Assembly: GCA_963714085.1 (NCBI GenBank)
Contig: OY970229.1
Span: forward strand, 864,001-928,000
DNA: 64,000 bases
Reading direction: 5' to 3'
From: an uncultured Candidatus Micrarchaeota archaeon
Lineage (GTDB): Archaea; Micrarchaeota; Micrarchaeia; Anstonellales; Bilamarchaeaceae
In this document: in pieces, positions 38,717 to 49,527 of the stretch
How positions within the stretch are numbered: the first letter of the stretch is position 1
How the letters are laid out: every line of letters starts with the position of its first letter
The notes under the pieces: generated by a model
What the model was told of the DNA's origin: nothing
Databases searched by the model: none
What the model saw: the letters and a program-made list of their open reading frames with translations, nothing else
Translations under genes and position numbers: made by a program

Positions 38717-40492
38717 ATGGTCAAGATGGGCCTGGAAATCCACCAGCGGCTCGCGTGCGGCAAGCTTTTCTGTTCCTGTCCCTCAGAGCTCGCGGAGCCC
38801 GAGGCGAAGCCAGACCTGGTCCTCAAGCGCAGGCTCCATCCCGTGCTGAGCGAGATGGGCGAGATAGACGAGGCGTCGAAAGCCGAGTTCGGCAAAGGCA
38901 GGACGTTCTCCTACCATGCTTTCAATAAGTCCAACTGCCTCGTGGAGATAGACGAGGAGCCGCCCCACGCGCTGAACCCCGAGGCGCTCGCGATAGCGCT
39001 GGAGCTGGCGCAGCACCTGAACATGAAGACCGTGGACGAGCTCCATATCATGCGCAAGATGGTGATAGACGGCTCCAACACGTCCGGGTTCCAGAGGACG
39101 GCGATAGCCGCGTTCGACGGGACGCTCGAGACCTCCAAAGGCTTGATCGGCATCCCCCTGCTCGCGGTGGAGGAGGAGAGCGCCGGGATAATGGGGACCG
39201 AAGGCAGCGAGGCCGCCTTCAGGCTCGACCGCCTGGGCATACCGCTCGTGGAGGTGAGCACCACGCCGGACATAAAAAGTCCGGAGCATTTGCTGGAAGT
39301 CGCCGAGAAGCTCGGCATGATCATGCGCGCGACCGGCAAGGTCGCCCGCGGCCTGGGCACCATAAGGCAGGACGTGAACATCTCCACAGAGCGTGGCGCG
39401 CGCGTGGAGATAAAAGGGGCGCAGGACCTGAAGATGCTGCCCCTGCTGGCGCAGAACGAGGTCAGGCGCCAGGACGCGCTTGTCGCCATCATGGACGAGC
39501 TGAAGACGCGTTTCGGCGCCAAGATCGTCCTCAACTGCAAGGCGGTGGACGTGACCGACGCGTTCGCCTCGACCAAATCACAGCTCGTATCCAAAGGGCT
39601 CGCTTCCGGGGCTTCGGTCCTCGGGGTCGTCCTTGAAAAACACGCCGGATTGATAGGCAGGGAGACACAGCCCAACAGGCGCTACGGCACCGAGCTCTCC
39701 GACTACGCGAAGTCCGCGGGCGTGAAGGGGATCATCCATTCGGACGAGGACATGGGGAAATATTCCATAAGCGCTGACGAACTGGCTGCACTGAAGCAGT
39801 CGCTCGGCATGAAGCAGGGCGACGCGTTCGTCCTGGTCGTCGCCCCTGCCGAACAGGCGAGGGCCGCGCTGGCAAGGGTGCTCGAGCGCGCCAGGATGGA
39901 CTTCATCCCTCCGGAGACCAGGAGGGCCAACCAGGACGGGACCACCAGCTACATGCGCCCGCTCCCGGGCAAGGCGAGGTTGTACCCGGAGACGGACGTG
40001 CCTCCGGTCAGGATAACCAAGGAGCTCCTCAGTTCCGTCTCGAAAGGCGAGGCGCTGGAGGACAAGAAGGCGCGGCTCCTGAAGCTTTTGGGCAACGCCG
40101 AGATGGCTGAGAGGATGCTGCGCTCGCGGAACCTCGCGCTTTTCGAGCGGCTGGTCAAGGACGGCGCGGAGCCTACGCTGGCCGCAAGCACGCTGGAGAG
40201 CACCCTTGTTTCATTGCGAAGGGAAGGCGTGGTGCTGGAGCCGGACAAGGCCCTGCCCGAGCTCTTCGCGCTCTACAACAAGGGCGCTTTCGTGAAGGCC
40301 GCGATCCCTGACATACTGAAAGATGTCGCCAAGGGCAGGCCGCTCTCCGATGCCGCGAAGGACTATTCGGTAATCAGCGGAAAGGAACTGGAGAAGATAG
40401 TCAAGGAACTCGGCTCTGACATGAAGGCGATAATGTCCAAGTACAGAACCAGGGTTGACCCTAAGGAACTGGATAAGCTAATCAAGAAGTAG
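38717..40492 (+). CDS. gatE: Glu-tRNA(Gln) amidotransferase subunit E
   Basis: GLEIHQ, IDGSNTSGFQRT, LDRLGIPLVE, RQDVN, ARLYPETD. Confidence 0.96.
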   Translation: MVKMGLEIHQRLACGKLFCSCPSELAEPEAKPDLVLKRRLHPVLSEMGEIDEASKAEFGKGRTFSYHAFNKSNCLVEIDEEPPHALNPEALAIALELAQHLNMKTVDELHIMRKMVIDGSNTSGFQRTAIAAFDGTLETSKGLIGIPLLAVEEESAGIMGTEGSEAAFRLDRLGIPLVEVSTTPDIKSPEHLLEVAEKLGMIMRATGKVARGLGTIRQDVNISTERGARVEIKGAQDLKMLPLLAQNEVRRQDALVAIMDELKTRFGAKIVLNCKAVDVTDAFASTKSQLVSKGLASGASVLGVVLEKHAGLIGRETQPNRRYGTELSDYAKSAGVKGIIHSDEDMGKYSISADELAALKQSLGMKQGDAFVLVVAPAEQARAALARVLERARMDFIPPETRRANQDGTTSYMRPLPGKARLYPETDVPPVRITKELLSSVSKGEALEDKKARLLKLLGNAEMAERMLRSRNLALFERLVKDGAEPTLAASTLESTLVSLRREGVVLEPDKALPELFALYNKGAFVKAAIPDILKDVAKGRPLSDAAKDYSVISGKELEKIVKELGSDMKAIMSKYRTRVDPKELDKLIKK

Positions 40493-40551
40493 CCTGTCGG
40501 AATAGGAAAATAAGGAATGAAAGAAAAAAAGATTGGCTGGTTTAATCATGC

Positions 40552-41013
40552 CTATGGGTTTGAGCACGATCCGACCATGTCCTTCGCTCCATTCTGGTGG
40601 AGGTCGCTAATCCCGCCCTGGTCATATACTATCACGACATTGGCGAAATCGAACGTGCCGCTGCACCCAGTGGTTGCCGTGGCTGTCACGGTCCCGACCT
40701 GGCCCACTGCGTACGTGGTTGCGTTCATAGCAGTGTTGAAAGCGTTGGCACCACCGCTGCTTGTTATGGACTTCAGCGTGACCTGCTGTCCAGCCTGGTT
40801 CTGGACCGTCATCGTAAGCGTAGTACCGCTGAACTTCCACGCGGTTATCGCAAACGGAGACACCCCTGCCCAATAATTCGCGCTCTGACTTGCGCTCACC
40901 CCGGTACTCAATGGCGACATGCCGCTGACCAGCGCCACAACGACGAGGGCAACGACTAGCACGACCGCCAGAATAACGAGATATTCTGTCGAAACCTGTC
41001 CTTTCCTAAACAT
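40552..41013 (-). CDS. Type IV pilin with class III signal peptide
   Basis: MFRKG|QVSTEYLVILAVVLVVALVVV. Confidence 0.88.
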   Translation of the reverse strand: MFRKGQVSTEYLVILAVVLVVALVVVALVSGMSPLSTGVSASQSANYWAGVSPFAITAWKFSGTTLTMTVQNQAGQQVTLKSITSSGGANAFNTAMNATTYAVGQVGTVTATATTGCSGTFDFANVVIVYDQGGISDLHQNGAKDMVGSCSNP

Positions 41014-41138
41014 TACATCACCAAGGTTACTCCAACAAGTACATTTAAATATTTTTCCAGCAGGTCGCAAAACCCGATTGCCGTGAAAAAAGCAGAATCC
41101 GCAGGGCGCCAGATAGAAAAAGGGAATGCGCCCGGACT

Positions 41139-41594
41139 TCAACTGCACGCGCCGACTATGTCCTTGGCCCCGTCCTCATGGAGGTCCGGCAGCCCGCCCT
41201 GGTCGTAGACTATCACGACATTGGAGAAGTCGAACGCCCCGCTGCACGGGCTGGTAGTGGTTATCGTCACGGTCTGTGTCTGCCCTATGGATAATATAGT
41301 GGCGTTCAGGGTGGCGTTGAACGCGCTGCTACCGCCTGTGCTGGATATGGACTTCAGCGTGGCCATCTTGCCCCCCTCGTTCTGGAACGTCAGTTCAAGC
41401 GTAGTCCCGCTGAACCTCCACGCTGTCAAGGCTAATGGCGATGCTCCGGCCCAATAATCGGCGCTTTGGCTCTCGCTTATCCCGCTGCTCATGGGTGATA
41501 TGCCGCCGACCAGCGCCACGACCACGAGGGCGACAGCCAGCACTACCGCAAGAATAACCAGGTACTCTGTCGAAACCTGCCCTTTCCGGACCAT
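41139..41594 (-). CDS. Type IV pilin with class III signal peptide (paralog of the adjacent pilin)
   Basis: MVRKG|QVSTEYLVILAVVLAVALVVV. Colinear with its neighbour along the whole length. Confidence 0.88.
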   Translation of the reverse strand: MVRKGQVSTEYLVILAVVLAVALVVVALVGGISPMSSGISESQSADYWAGASPLALTAWRFSGTTLELTFQNEGGKMATLKSISSTGGSSAFNATLNATILSIGQTQTVTITTTSPCSGAFDFSNVVIVYDQGGLPDLHEDGAKDIVGACS

Positions 41595-41641
41595 CCTATC
41601 ACCAATCCTATTTAGGAGCGGACTATTTAAAAGTGTGACTT

Positions 41642-42655
41642 TCAGGAGAAAGATGAGAGCATCCCGCCTATCAGCACCCTGGACACCATGAACATGAGTA
41701 TGGACATGATGATGAACACCGGGGCGTATTTCACCCCGTCCAATGCTCTCCCGGACATTATCACGCCCGCCAGGCAGGACACCAGGATGCTGGTCATCAC
41801 GAGCGAGACGTAACCGAGGTTCGTCATGTCCGTGGTCGTGACCAGGATGTCGCCGCTGAACATGGGGATGGCGTGGGAGACCGAGATTCCGGCTGTCGCC
41901 GTCTGCGCCTTCACCTGCAGGAACATGGCCACGAACTGGCCGGACAGGGCGAGCAGGAATGGCATTATGATTATGATTATGAAACCGAGGAATATCGCGT
42001 AGGTGCGGGTCGAGATGACGAGTTCCGACTGCAGGTCGTGTATCCTCCTTATGTCCTCGGCAGAGGACACCAGCAGGGAGGCGAGCTTCCCGCCTGAGCG
42101 GACCCCCTTCTTGAACACGACTACTACCCTCCGGAGGATGGTGGAATCGAAGCGCTTGGAGAGCTCGTCGAGTGCGTCGTTGAGCGATGCGGTCGAGCTC
42201 AGGTTCGATGCCGCATGGGTGACCTCCACGGATAATTCGCCGAACTCAGGCCTGGCCGCCCTCGTGAACGCCACGAACGGAGTCATTCCTGCCCTTAGGT
42301 TGGACGCCACAAGCAGCAGGAAGTCAGGAAGAACGGACTCCATCTTACTCGCCCTGCCCCTTATGGAATAATACGTGCTCATTTCAAGGACGATCGCACA
42401 GGCGACCAGTCCCGCGAGGAAGATATCGAACAGCATGATGTAATCTGACATGCTCCAGGGGCCCGCCCTGTGGACCAGGACCGCATACGCCCCGGCAGTC
42501 ACCAGGCCGTAGAGCAGGTAGAGCAGCAGCCAGCCGCCCGCCACGTCTATCGGGTCCGCGTGCACTCCTGCCAGCATCTGCTCCTTCCTTATGTGGCTGA
42601 CGAGGCCTTTCGGAGCGATTGAAGCGATTCTTCTGTAAACGTGTGAGAAGTCCAT
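41642..42655 (-). CDS. Type II secretion F-family (TadC-like) pilus platform protein
   Basis: LPDFLLLVASNLRAGMTP, FGELS.E, SGGKLA..L and C-terminal TM segments. Confidence 0.9.
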   Translation of the reverse strand: MDFSHVYRRIASIAPKGLVSHIRKEQMLAGVHADPIDVAGGWLLLYLLYGLVTAGAYAVLVHRAGPWSMSDYIMLFDIFLAGLVACAIVLEMSTYYSIRGRASKMESVLPDFLLLVASNLRAGMTPFVAFTRAARPEFGELSVEVTHAASNLSSTASLNDALDELSKRFDSTILRRVVVVFKKGVRSGGKLASLLVSSAEDIRRIHDLQSELVISTRTYAIFLGFIIIIIMPFLLALSGQFVAMFLQVKAQTATAGISVSHAIPMFSGDILVTTTDMTNLGYVSLVMTSILVSCLAGVIMSGRALDGVKYAPVFIIMSILMFMVSRVLIGGMLSSFS

Positions 42656-43561
42656 CTAACCACCGAAAACATCGGGCCTGGAGCTTGCCATGTAGCCGAT
42701 GAGCACTATCTGCCCTATGGCCGAGCCGATTATCAGTACCAGTATCTTTTCCACCGTCATGCCTATGCCCGAGAACGCGGAGAGCAGCACGAGGAAAGTC
42801 ACGCCGAGCGACGGCAGGGCAGCGGCTATGAGCATGTATATGAGCATGAGGAAGTTCAGGTTGGAGGTGTAAGTCCTTATGTTCCTGTAGGCGTAGAGCT
42901 CCAAAGCATCCACTATGCCGGGAAGCGCGGTCGTCATGCTCGAGCCGGTCTCCAGCACGTTTATCATCTGCCAGAGCACCCTCTTGAAATAATCCGATTC
43001 CGTGTGCAGCGCCAGGGTCCGCAGGGCCTCCTTCTCCGATACGCCGCTCTCTATCTGCTGCACGACATGGGCGAAATCCTCCGACACCTGGCCGTAGCTG
43101 CCCAGGGATACGTTCTTTAGCGCATAGAACACCGGTATCCCGCTGTTTATGCTGAGCATGATTTCCCGGAGCGCGAAGAGCAGGTCCTTGTCCGACCTGG
43201 CGGCGACGTTCATGACCAGCATCCTCGGGTAGTAAAGATGCAGGCTGAAGAATATCAGGAAGAAGAGGAAGCTCGTGAGGAAGCTGATGTATATCTTCTG
43301 TTGCATGGTCATGGTGTGGGCGCCCATGAGCAGCGCCATCACGAGGCCGAACGCCAAAAGCCCGTAGACCATCGCGGAGAAGAAACAGCCGACCCGGTAG
43401 TAGTCTGGTTTTATGCGTATGCCCAGGGCATCGAACTCAGCGCCGAGCCGCGGCCGGAACGTCTTGAGGACGTTCGCCAGGCCGCTCATCCTCCTGCCGA
43501 TCTCCTCCATGGAGCCGTAACTAAGTAGGACGAAAGGAACCCTGATCTGCGCTTCGGCCAC
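42656..43561 (-). CDS. Type II secretion F-family (TadB-like) pilus platform protein
   Basis: LLFALREI...SGIP...YGQVSEDF...SG...AL. Start placed at GTG directly after the ATPase stop. Confidence 0.88.
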   Translation of the reverse strand: MAEAQIRVPFVLLSYGSMEEIGRRMSGLANVLKTFRPRLGAEFDALGIRIKPDYYRVGCFFSAMVYGLLAFGLVMALLMGAHTMTMQQKIYISFLTSFLFFLIFFSLHLYYPRMLVMNVAARSDKDLLFALREIMLSINSGIPVFYALKNVSLGSYGQVSEDFAHVVQQIESGVSEKEALRTLALHTESDYFKRVLWQMINVLETGSSMTTALPGIVDALELYAYRNIRTYTSNLNFLMLIYMLIAAALPSLGVTFLVLLSAFSGIGMTVEKILVLIIGSAIGQIVLIGYMASSRPDVFGG

Positions 43562-43562
43562 T

Positions 43563-45305
43563 TCAGTCCCCTCCAAGCAGTTTTCCCGGTTTCTGTCCCT
43601 TCCTAATCCCATCTAGCAGGGTGGATCCGTCCGCGTAGTAGGCCTCCATGATCCTCCCCACGTCGTCCACGTAGATGACCTTGTTATCCTTCATCCATGA
43701 GAGGATCTCCTGCTTCTCCGCCTGGTCCTCCACGATTTCGTTCTCCGTCATGCCGGTATGGAGGTTCATTATCTCGACGTAGCGGTGCGGGGGCCTCACC
43801 TTCTCGAAGGTGTCCGTGCGCGGCCTCCACTTGAAGAGGTAATTGAGCTCCGGGCCCTTCACGCCGGGTATCACCTCGGAAAGCTCCAGGGTGCGCCTCA
43901 GGTTCTTCCTCCTGTCGCGGTACTGCACCAGTATGAGATGGATATCGTCTATTTCTCCGGGCGGGACCTCGATTGGCGGCTCGATGAGCCTTTTTATCAC
44001 CTGCTCGCCAGTGTCTGCGTGCAGCGTCCCGTAGACCGAGTGGCCGGTGTGCATGGCCTCGAAGAGCACCTCGGCCTCCTTCTTCCTCCTTATCTCGCCC
44101 ATGACTATGCGGTCCGGCCTCATACGCAGGGAGTTCACCACCAGGTCGAGCATGGACACTTCGCCCAGGCCCTCGGGATTCGGTTCCCTGGTGGCCAGGG
44201 GCACCCAGTTCCACTGGTAGCTGGGCAGCACCAGCTCCCTGGTATCCTCTATCGTGATTATCCTCTGGTGCGGGGGTATGAGCGCGACGAGCGAATTCAG
44301 GGCCGAGGTCTTTCCCGATGCGGTGCCGCCCGCGACTATGACGTTCATCTCGTAGTGGAGCGCCTGCCAGAGCATGGCCGCCATCTCCAGGGACATGGCT
44401 TTCACTTCGTCGCTCACCAGGCTGCCTATGGTCCACGGGTTCCTCGCGAAAAGCCTCAGGGTGATGGTGTTGCCTGCCGTGGATATCGGGCAGAGCGTCG
44501 CGTTTACCCTGTCCCCTGTGACCAGGTGCGCGTCAAGCACGGGTTCCAGGACGGTTATCTGCCTCCCCACCTCCCGGGCTATCTGTGAGGAATAGTTCTC
44601 TATGCCGACCTCGTCCTTGATGACGATATTGGTCTTCAGCCAGCCGTATCTCCTGTGGTATACTGCCACCGGCACCTTGGAGGAGTTTATTATTATCTCC
44701 TCGAGCCCCTTGTCCGCGACCAGGGTCTCCAGGTCCCCGAGCCCGTACATCTCGTTCACGGCGATGTTGGCCAGCATCCGTACGACCTCTTCATCGCCGC
44801 CGATCTCCTGGCTGATCCTCTCCTGGATGGTTTTCGTGCGCTCCTGCATGTCCTTGCGCAGCTCCTCCTTTGTTTTCTCCAGCCCGGAGATGGAGAGCGC
44901 GCGGGTTATCTCGTTCTTGATATGCTCAAGGAACGCGCGGGAGAAGGGCGTGAGCCTGGGAAGCCGCACGAAGTACTTGTTCCTTTTCTCCTCCGAAGAG
45001 AAATACACCTCCGCATCCGCGATGTCGTAATCCTCTGAGGGCTCCTTTATCTTGTAGGCCTCCACGGTCTTGCCCGGGGGCCGCTGCTCCTCCTTCTCGG
45101 TTTCTGTCTTTTTCACGGTTATCCAGGGCTTGACCAGCGGATTGAGCGGGTAGTGTATCTGGAAAAGGCCTGCGCTCTCCAATATCCTGGCCAGCCTCTC
45201 CATGGCTTGCGGGGAGAGCTTTAGCTTCTCGCCAAGCTCCTCGAAGCTTATCTTGTTGTTCCTGCGGATCAGCTCTACCATCTTGTCTATTTTGGTGAGC
45301 AACAT
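43563..45305 (-). CDS. Pilus assembly ATPase (TadA/CpaF/VirB11 family)
   Basis: GGTASGKTS, TIEDTREL, LRMRPDRIVMGEIR, MHTGH, TLHAD. Confidence 0.95.
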   Translation of the reverse strand: MLLTKIDKMVELIRRNNKISFEELGEKLKLSPQAMERLARILESAGLFQIHYPLNPLVKPWITVKKTETEKEEQRPPGKTVEAYKIKEPSEDYDIADAEVYFSSEEKRNKYFVRLPRLTPFSRAFLEHIKNEITRALSISGLEKTKEELRKDMQERTKTIQERISQEIGGDEEVVRMLANIAVNEMYGLGDLETLVADKGLEEIIINSSKVPVAVYHRRYGWLKTNIVIKDEVGIENYSSQIAREVGRQITVLEPVLDAHLVTGDRVNATLCPISTAGNTITLRLFARNPWTIGSLVSDEVKAMSLEMAAMLWQALHYEMNVIVAGGTASGKTSALNSLVALIPPHQRIITIEDTRELVLPSYQWNWVPLATREPNPEGLGEVSMLDLVVNSLRMRPDRIVMGEIRRKKEAEVLFEAMHTGHSVYGTLHADTGEQVIKRLIEPPIEVPPGEIDDIHLILVQYRDRRKNLRRTLELSEVIPGVKGPELNYLFKWRPRTDTFEKVRPPHRYVEIMNLHTGMTENEIVEDQAEKQEILSWMKDNKVIYVDDVGRIMEAYYADGSTLLDGIRKGQKPGKLLGGD

Positions 45306-45425
45306 GGCGGGATATCGCGGATTGCATTTATAAATCAATTTGGTCTAACGCCGTGTGCGCCGGTGGCGGCCTCCGAAAAGACAGTCATTATATATTTTCA
45401 GTTTGAGATAACCGCGCGATGCGGT

Positions 45426-47726
45426 ATGGCTGGAAAAAAAGGGCAGACGAGCGTGGAGTTCCTCATCATCCTGGCCGTGGCCCTCCTGGTGCTCACAGCC
45501 ACGATCGCCATCGCCCTCCAGAACATCGACAGCATCAACGCCCAGAAAGACCAGGATTCCGCGAGCAACGCGGTCATGGACCTTGGCAGCGCAGCGAAAG
45601 ACGTGTACGCCCAGGGGGTCGGCGCGAGGAAGGACGTCTACATCGTAATCCCGAGCAGCTATAACCCGGCCAACTCCTTCGTAGGCAACCAGGCGATAAA
45701 GATGAGCGCCGGGAGCGACTACGTAGACATCGAGAACTTCAACCTGCGCGGCTCGCTGCCAAAGACCTACGGGCCGCAATGGGTGTGGGTGGTCTCGGAA
45801 GGCAACGACGTGCTCATCGGCAACGGCATGCTGGAGTTCAATCCCGCCCAGGTCTATGTGGTGATGAACAGCAACAGCACCGCCTCGGCCCAGTTCAATG
45901 TCATCAACATGTGGGGCCAGGGCCTGAACGTCACCGCGGCCAGCGTCTGGACATACACCGGCGTGGGCATGAGCGGCGTGCCGTCCCAGTTCGCCCTGAG
46001 CGCGAACGCTACCCGTACCGTCACGTTGGGATTCACGTCAGGCTCGAATTCCACGGGCTTCTACTCCGGCCAGGTGGATTTCACCGCCACGGACGCAGCG
46101 GGGAACACCGAGGTCGACTGGATACCCGTCACCGTGGAGGTGATTCCGAGCGGCCAGAACCTCTATCCATCATGGGACATCCAGGGCCCTCTCGTCACCA
46201 GCATATCCCAGGTGCCGGCGCCTGCCATAAAATACCAGCCACTGGCTATTTTCGCGAATGCCAGCGACGTGACGACCGGCAACAGCTCCATAACCGGCTG
46301 CCAGGTCGATGCGGACAACCAGTTCAACTGGAACAACATGCTGCCCGTGGACGGCGCCTTCAATACTCCGACCGAAACCGCGATGTTCAATTTCACGAGC
46401 GGCTTCTCCCTGGGCCCCCACTTCGTGGCCGTGAAATGCACGGATTCCAAGGGCAATGTCGGCCCCCCGTCGTACTACTACTTCCAGGTGAACGAATCCG
46501 ACACGCTCGGGCCCATCGTAATACAGATGACGCACCCTGATTATCCGACGACGCTGTCCAATCTCACGTTCACCGGCATAGCGACGGACGCATACACCGG
46601 CGGCAGCAACGTGGCGGCCTGCAATGTCAAGGTGGGCGCTTCGGGCACCTGGCACAGCGCGAGCGCAGTCAACGGCACGTGGAACACCAGCATCACCCAG
46701 AATTTCAACTACACCATCGCCCCTCTGGTTGTGGGCTCCTACACCGTGTACTACCAGTGCGAGGACTCAGTGGGCAACTGGGGCGGTATATACAACGACA
46801 GTTTCGGGGTCGTGGATGTCGACCTGATGCTGGTCCTCGACATATCCGGCTCCATGGCGGAAGACGTGACCAACTCCACCAGCTCCAGCGTCGTCTCGGC
46901 TTCGAGCACGGGCTGGTCGAACGTCAAGAACATAAGCGTATGGTACGAGAACGGCAATACCGCCAATCTCACGACCCAGCTGGAGGCCACGAAATCCAGC
47001 TGCACGGCGTTCTACAATGCGACGATAAACAATGTCCAGGTGGCTACCGGGAACACGACCTCGACCTCGTACGTTACCCTGAACGCGACCCTGAACCTCT
47101 CAGGCATCTCGGCGCCTTTCACGCTGGTGCTCAGCGTCAAGACCAACGGCACCTCGCAGTGCTCTGCCTCGAACCAGATACTCTCGCTGGTGCAGGCTCC
47201 GCCCAAAATAAGCGCGGCCGAGACCGGGGCCGACACGTTCCTCAATATCTCCGGGAACAACATCCAGGCGGGCCTGGTCTCATTCTCCACGACCGCGACC
47301 ACGAACACGCAGTTGGCGCTCATGGGCGCCTCGAACCAGAGTGCGCTGATCAGCACGATAAACAGCCTGGCCCCCGCGGCATCCACATGCATCCAGTGCG
47401 GGCTCGTGAACGCCTGCGCAGAACTCAACTCAAGCCGCTCCAGGCCCTCGGCCAGCAAGGTGGTGATCCTGCTGACAGACGGCCAGTCCAACTATTGCAC
47501 GGGCTCGGTCTCGTGCACCCAGGGCGGCAGCGCGTGCATAGGCTGCGACACGGAAGGGGCTGCCGGATGCCGGGCCGACAACGTCACGGTCTACACGATA
47601 GGCTTCGGCAGCGACGTGGATGACACCGAGCTCACGAACATCGCCTACATCACGAATGGCGCCTACTACTTCGCGCCGAACGTCGCGACGCTCACCTCCA
47701 TTTTCCAGAGCATCGGAAGGCACTGA
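45426..47726 (+). CDS. Large pilin-like adhesin: class III signal, Ig-like repeats, vWA domain
   Basis: KKG|QTSVEFLIIL, two D..GP.V repeat modules, MIDAS LVLDISGSM, VILLTDGQ, VYTIGFG. Confidence 0.85.
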   Translation: MAGKKGQTSVEFLIILAVALLVLTATIAIALQNIDSINAQKDQDSASNAVMDLGSAAKDVYAQGVGARKDVYIVIPSSYNPANSFVGNQAIKMSAGSDYVDIENFNLRGSLPKTYGPQWVWVVSEGNDVLIGNGMLEFNPAQVYVVMNSNSTASAQFNVINMWGQGLNVTAASVWTYTGVGMSGVPSQFALSANATRTVTLGFTSGSNSTGFYSGQVDFTATDAAGNTEVDWIPVTVEVIPSGQNLYPSWDIQGPLVTSISQVPAPAIKYQPLAIFANASDVTTGNSSITGCQVDADNQFNWNNMLPVDGAFNTPTETAMFNFTSGFSLGPHFVAVKCTDSKGNVGPPSYYYFQVNESDTLGPIVIQMTHPDYPTTLSNLTFTGIATDAYTGGSNVAACNVKVGASGTWHSASAVNGTWNTSITQNFNYTIAPLVVGSYTVYYQCEDSVGNWGGIYNDSFGVVDVDLMLVLDISGSMAEDVTNSTSSSVVSASSTGWSNVKNISVWYENGNTANLTTQLEATKSSCTAFYNATINNVQVATGNTTSTSYVTLNATLNLSGISAPFTLVLSVKTNGTSQCSASNQILSLVQAPPKISAAETGADTFLNISGNNIQAGLVSFSTTATTNTQLALMGASNQSALISTINSLAPAASTCIQCGLVNACAELNSSRSRPSASKVVILLTDGQSNYCTGSVSCTQGGSACIGCDTEGAAGCRADNVTVYTIGFGSDVDDTELTNIAYITNGAYYFAPNVATLTSIFQSIGRH

Positions 47727-47738
47727 CGCCCGAAGGGT

Positions 47739-48602
47739 TCATCTGCTGGCATTGGCTGTTTTTTGCACCCCGTCCTGGGCGTATGTCATCTGCACCGGGA
47801 ACACGATCAGGCTGGATTCGCTCGGCGGCTGGGCAGGCAACCGCGCGCTGAAGGAGTAGGCCGCGGTCTCGTTCGTGAGGCTGATGGAGAGCGCGCCGTT
47901 GTAATTGGAGCCGTTCTGGCTCACCCTCCCGATGACGATGTCGGCGTATCCCCCGGACATATAATTTATGAAAAAATAGTTCGCCGCGGAGGGATTCAGG
48001 GAGACAGTGTCCACGACGGTCCCGTTCCTGTCGCTGTAGCTCAGCGTGGCATTGACCGTCCCGCTTGGATCGTTGGTGAACTCTGTGATGCTACTATCGT
48101 AATCGTCTACGTAAATCGTCACGTTGTAGCCCGTCGCGTTCGTGGAGCTTCCGTTCGCCATGCTCCGGAAGACCATAGCCGGGCTGTTGTTGATCGTGCT
48201 CTGGAGCGCGAAATTGTCCATGATGCGCAAATCAAGCGAGCCGTTCTCCACCTGCGACGTGTTCACGGTTATGTTGGCGTGCTGTGAATCAGCCAGCTCG
48301 CCTTCAGCGTAGTACTGGAGGCCGGAAAGCTGGGCCTGGCTGACCTGCCGGGGCAGGGCGTCGGAGACCGACACCGTCGCGCCGCTGTCGTCCTCGGCTA
48401 CTGAGGCCGACGGGAGCAGCAGGTCCGCCGTGAGCCGCCCTACGTTATCCAGGCTCGCGGATGCGAACGAGTTGGGCACGGGCGCGGCCTCCACGCGCTG
48501 GCTCTCGGCGTACTCGTTCGCCATGGTTGCCGCCATCAGGACGAGCAGCATCACGAACAGCACCGCGACGAGGGAGAGCACGAACCCCTTTCGGGCATTC
48601 AT
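47739..48602 (-). CDS. Minor pilin-like protein
   Basis: MNARKG|FVLSLVAVLFVMLL. Confidence 0.75.
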   Translation of the reverse strand: MNARKGFVLSLVAVLFVMLLVLMAATMANEYAESQRVEAAPVPNSFASASLDNVGRLTADLLLPSASVAEDDSGATVSVSDALPRQVSQAQLSGLQYYAEGELADSQHANITVNTSQVENGSLDLRIMDNFALQSTINNSPAMVFRSMANGSSTNATGYNVTIYVDDYDSSITEFTNDPSGTVNATLSYSDRNGTVVDTVSLNPSAANYFFINYMSGGYADIVIGRVSQNGSNYNGALSISLTNETAAYSFSARLPAQPPSESSLIVFPVQMTYAQDGVQKTANASR

Positions 48603-49015
48603 GCGGGCACCTCCTGGCTGTACCAGCTCTGCAGCGTCGTGCCGAACATCACCCCTCCGGAACTGAACGTCCCATACACGACCTGGGATTCCGTGACCGG
48701 CTGCCCGCATCCGGGCTTGCCTATCGTGGCCACCACGCTCCCGTTCGCCTGGGTGACGCTGAGCTCCATGCAGACCTGCGGCGGGGTCGCGAGCAGCACC
48801 TCGCTCGCCGATGTGCCGTTGACGAAAAAGATGTCGTCGAGCCGTCCGGATTTCTCCAGCACGCTCATGGTGTCCAGCGATATCTGCTTCAGGGCGGTCC
48901 CCTTGAGCATCACCGGGTTGAAGCTCGTGGACTGCACGAAATAGAGCGAGATCAGCAGCAGTGAGAGCGCTGCTATGGAGTCTAGCGTTATCACGAAGCC
49001 CCGCCGCGCGTTCAC
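48599..49015 (-). CDS. Minor pilin-like protein
   Basis: GTG start, NARRG|FVITLDSIAALSLLL. Confidence 0.75.
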   Translation of the reverse strand: MNARRGFVITLDSIAALSLLLISLYFVQSTSFNPVMLKGTALKQISLDTMSVLEKSGRLDDIFFVNGTSASEVLLATPPQVCMELSVTQANGSVVATIGKPGCGQPVTESQVVYGTFSSGGVMFGTTLQSWYSQEVPA

Positions 49016-49527
49016 TGCCACACCTCCAGCGTGGCTTCGGCGACGGTCGTGCCATTGAGCAGGACGAACCTGTCGACCACCGCGGAATTGTTCAATCCCG
49101 ACGGGTAGCCGTAATCGTAATACGTGGCGTTGTCGTGTATGTCGCTGATGACCAGGTGCATCTGGCATCCGGAGAGGCCGATCTTCGATAGCACGAGGCT
49201 GTAATCCTGGCTGCCGTTCATGGCCATCAGCTTCTCCAGCTTCTCCTCGTCCAGCGAATTGCGCGTGTCTGCCAGGCCTATGGAATGGGTGTTGTTGGCG
49301 CTGAGGTTGGCGGTCCGTTCCCATCCCGGAGGGTCCCCGGGCGTGGTGAACAGGGCATCGGAGGCGAACAGGGCCTTGCCCAGCAGCTCGCTGTAGGTCG
49401 CGGAGCCGTTCCACCGGAGCGCGAGCGTGTTCCATTCCAATACGAACACGAGCACGAGGATCGACATGATGGTTATGCCGGACATCATATCCATGCTCCA
49501 TATCTGGCCTTTGCGGGTGCTATCCAA
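49012..49527 (-). CDS. Minor pilin-like protein
   Basis: RKG|QIWSMDMMSGITIMSILVLVF and TPGDPPGWE. Confidence 0.78.
   Translation of the reverse strand: MDSTRKGQIWSMDMMSGITIMSILVLVFVLEWNTLALRWNGSATYSELLGKALFASDALFTTPGDPPGWERTANLSANNTHSIGLADTRNSLDEEKLEKLMAMNGSQDYSLVLSKIGLSGCQMHLVISDIHDNATYYDYGYPSGLNNSAVVDRFVLLNGTTVAEATLEVWQ

Noticed and set aside
45340..47738. Invertible phase-variation segment carrying the vWA adhesin
   Set aside because: No flanking inverted repeats or recombinase seen, and the ATPase has its own TATA-like element.
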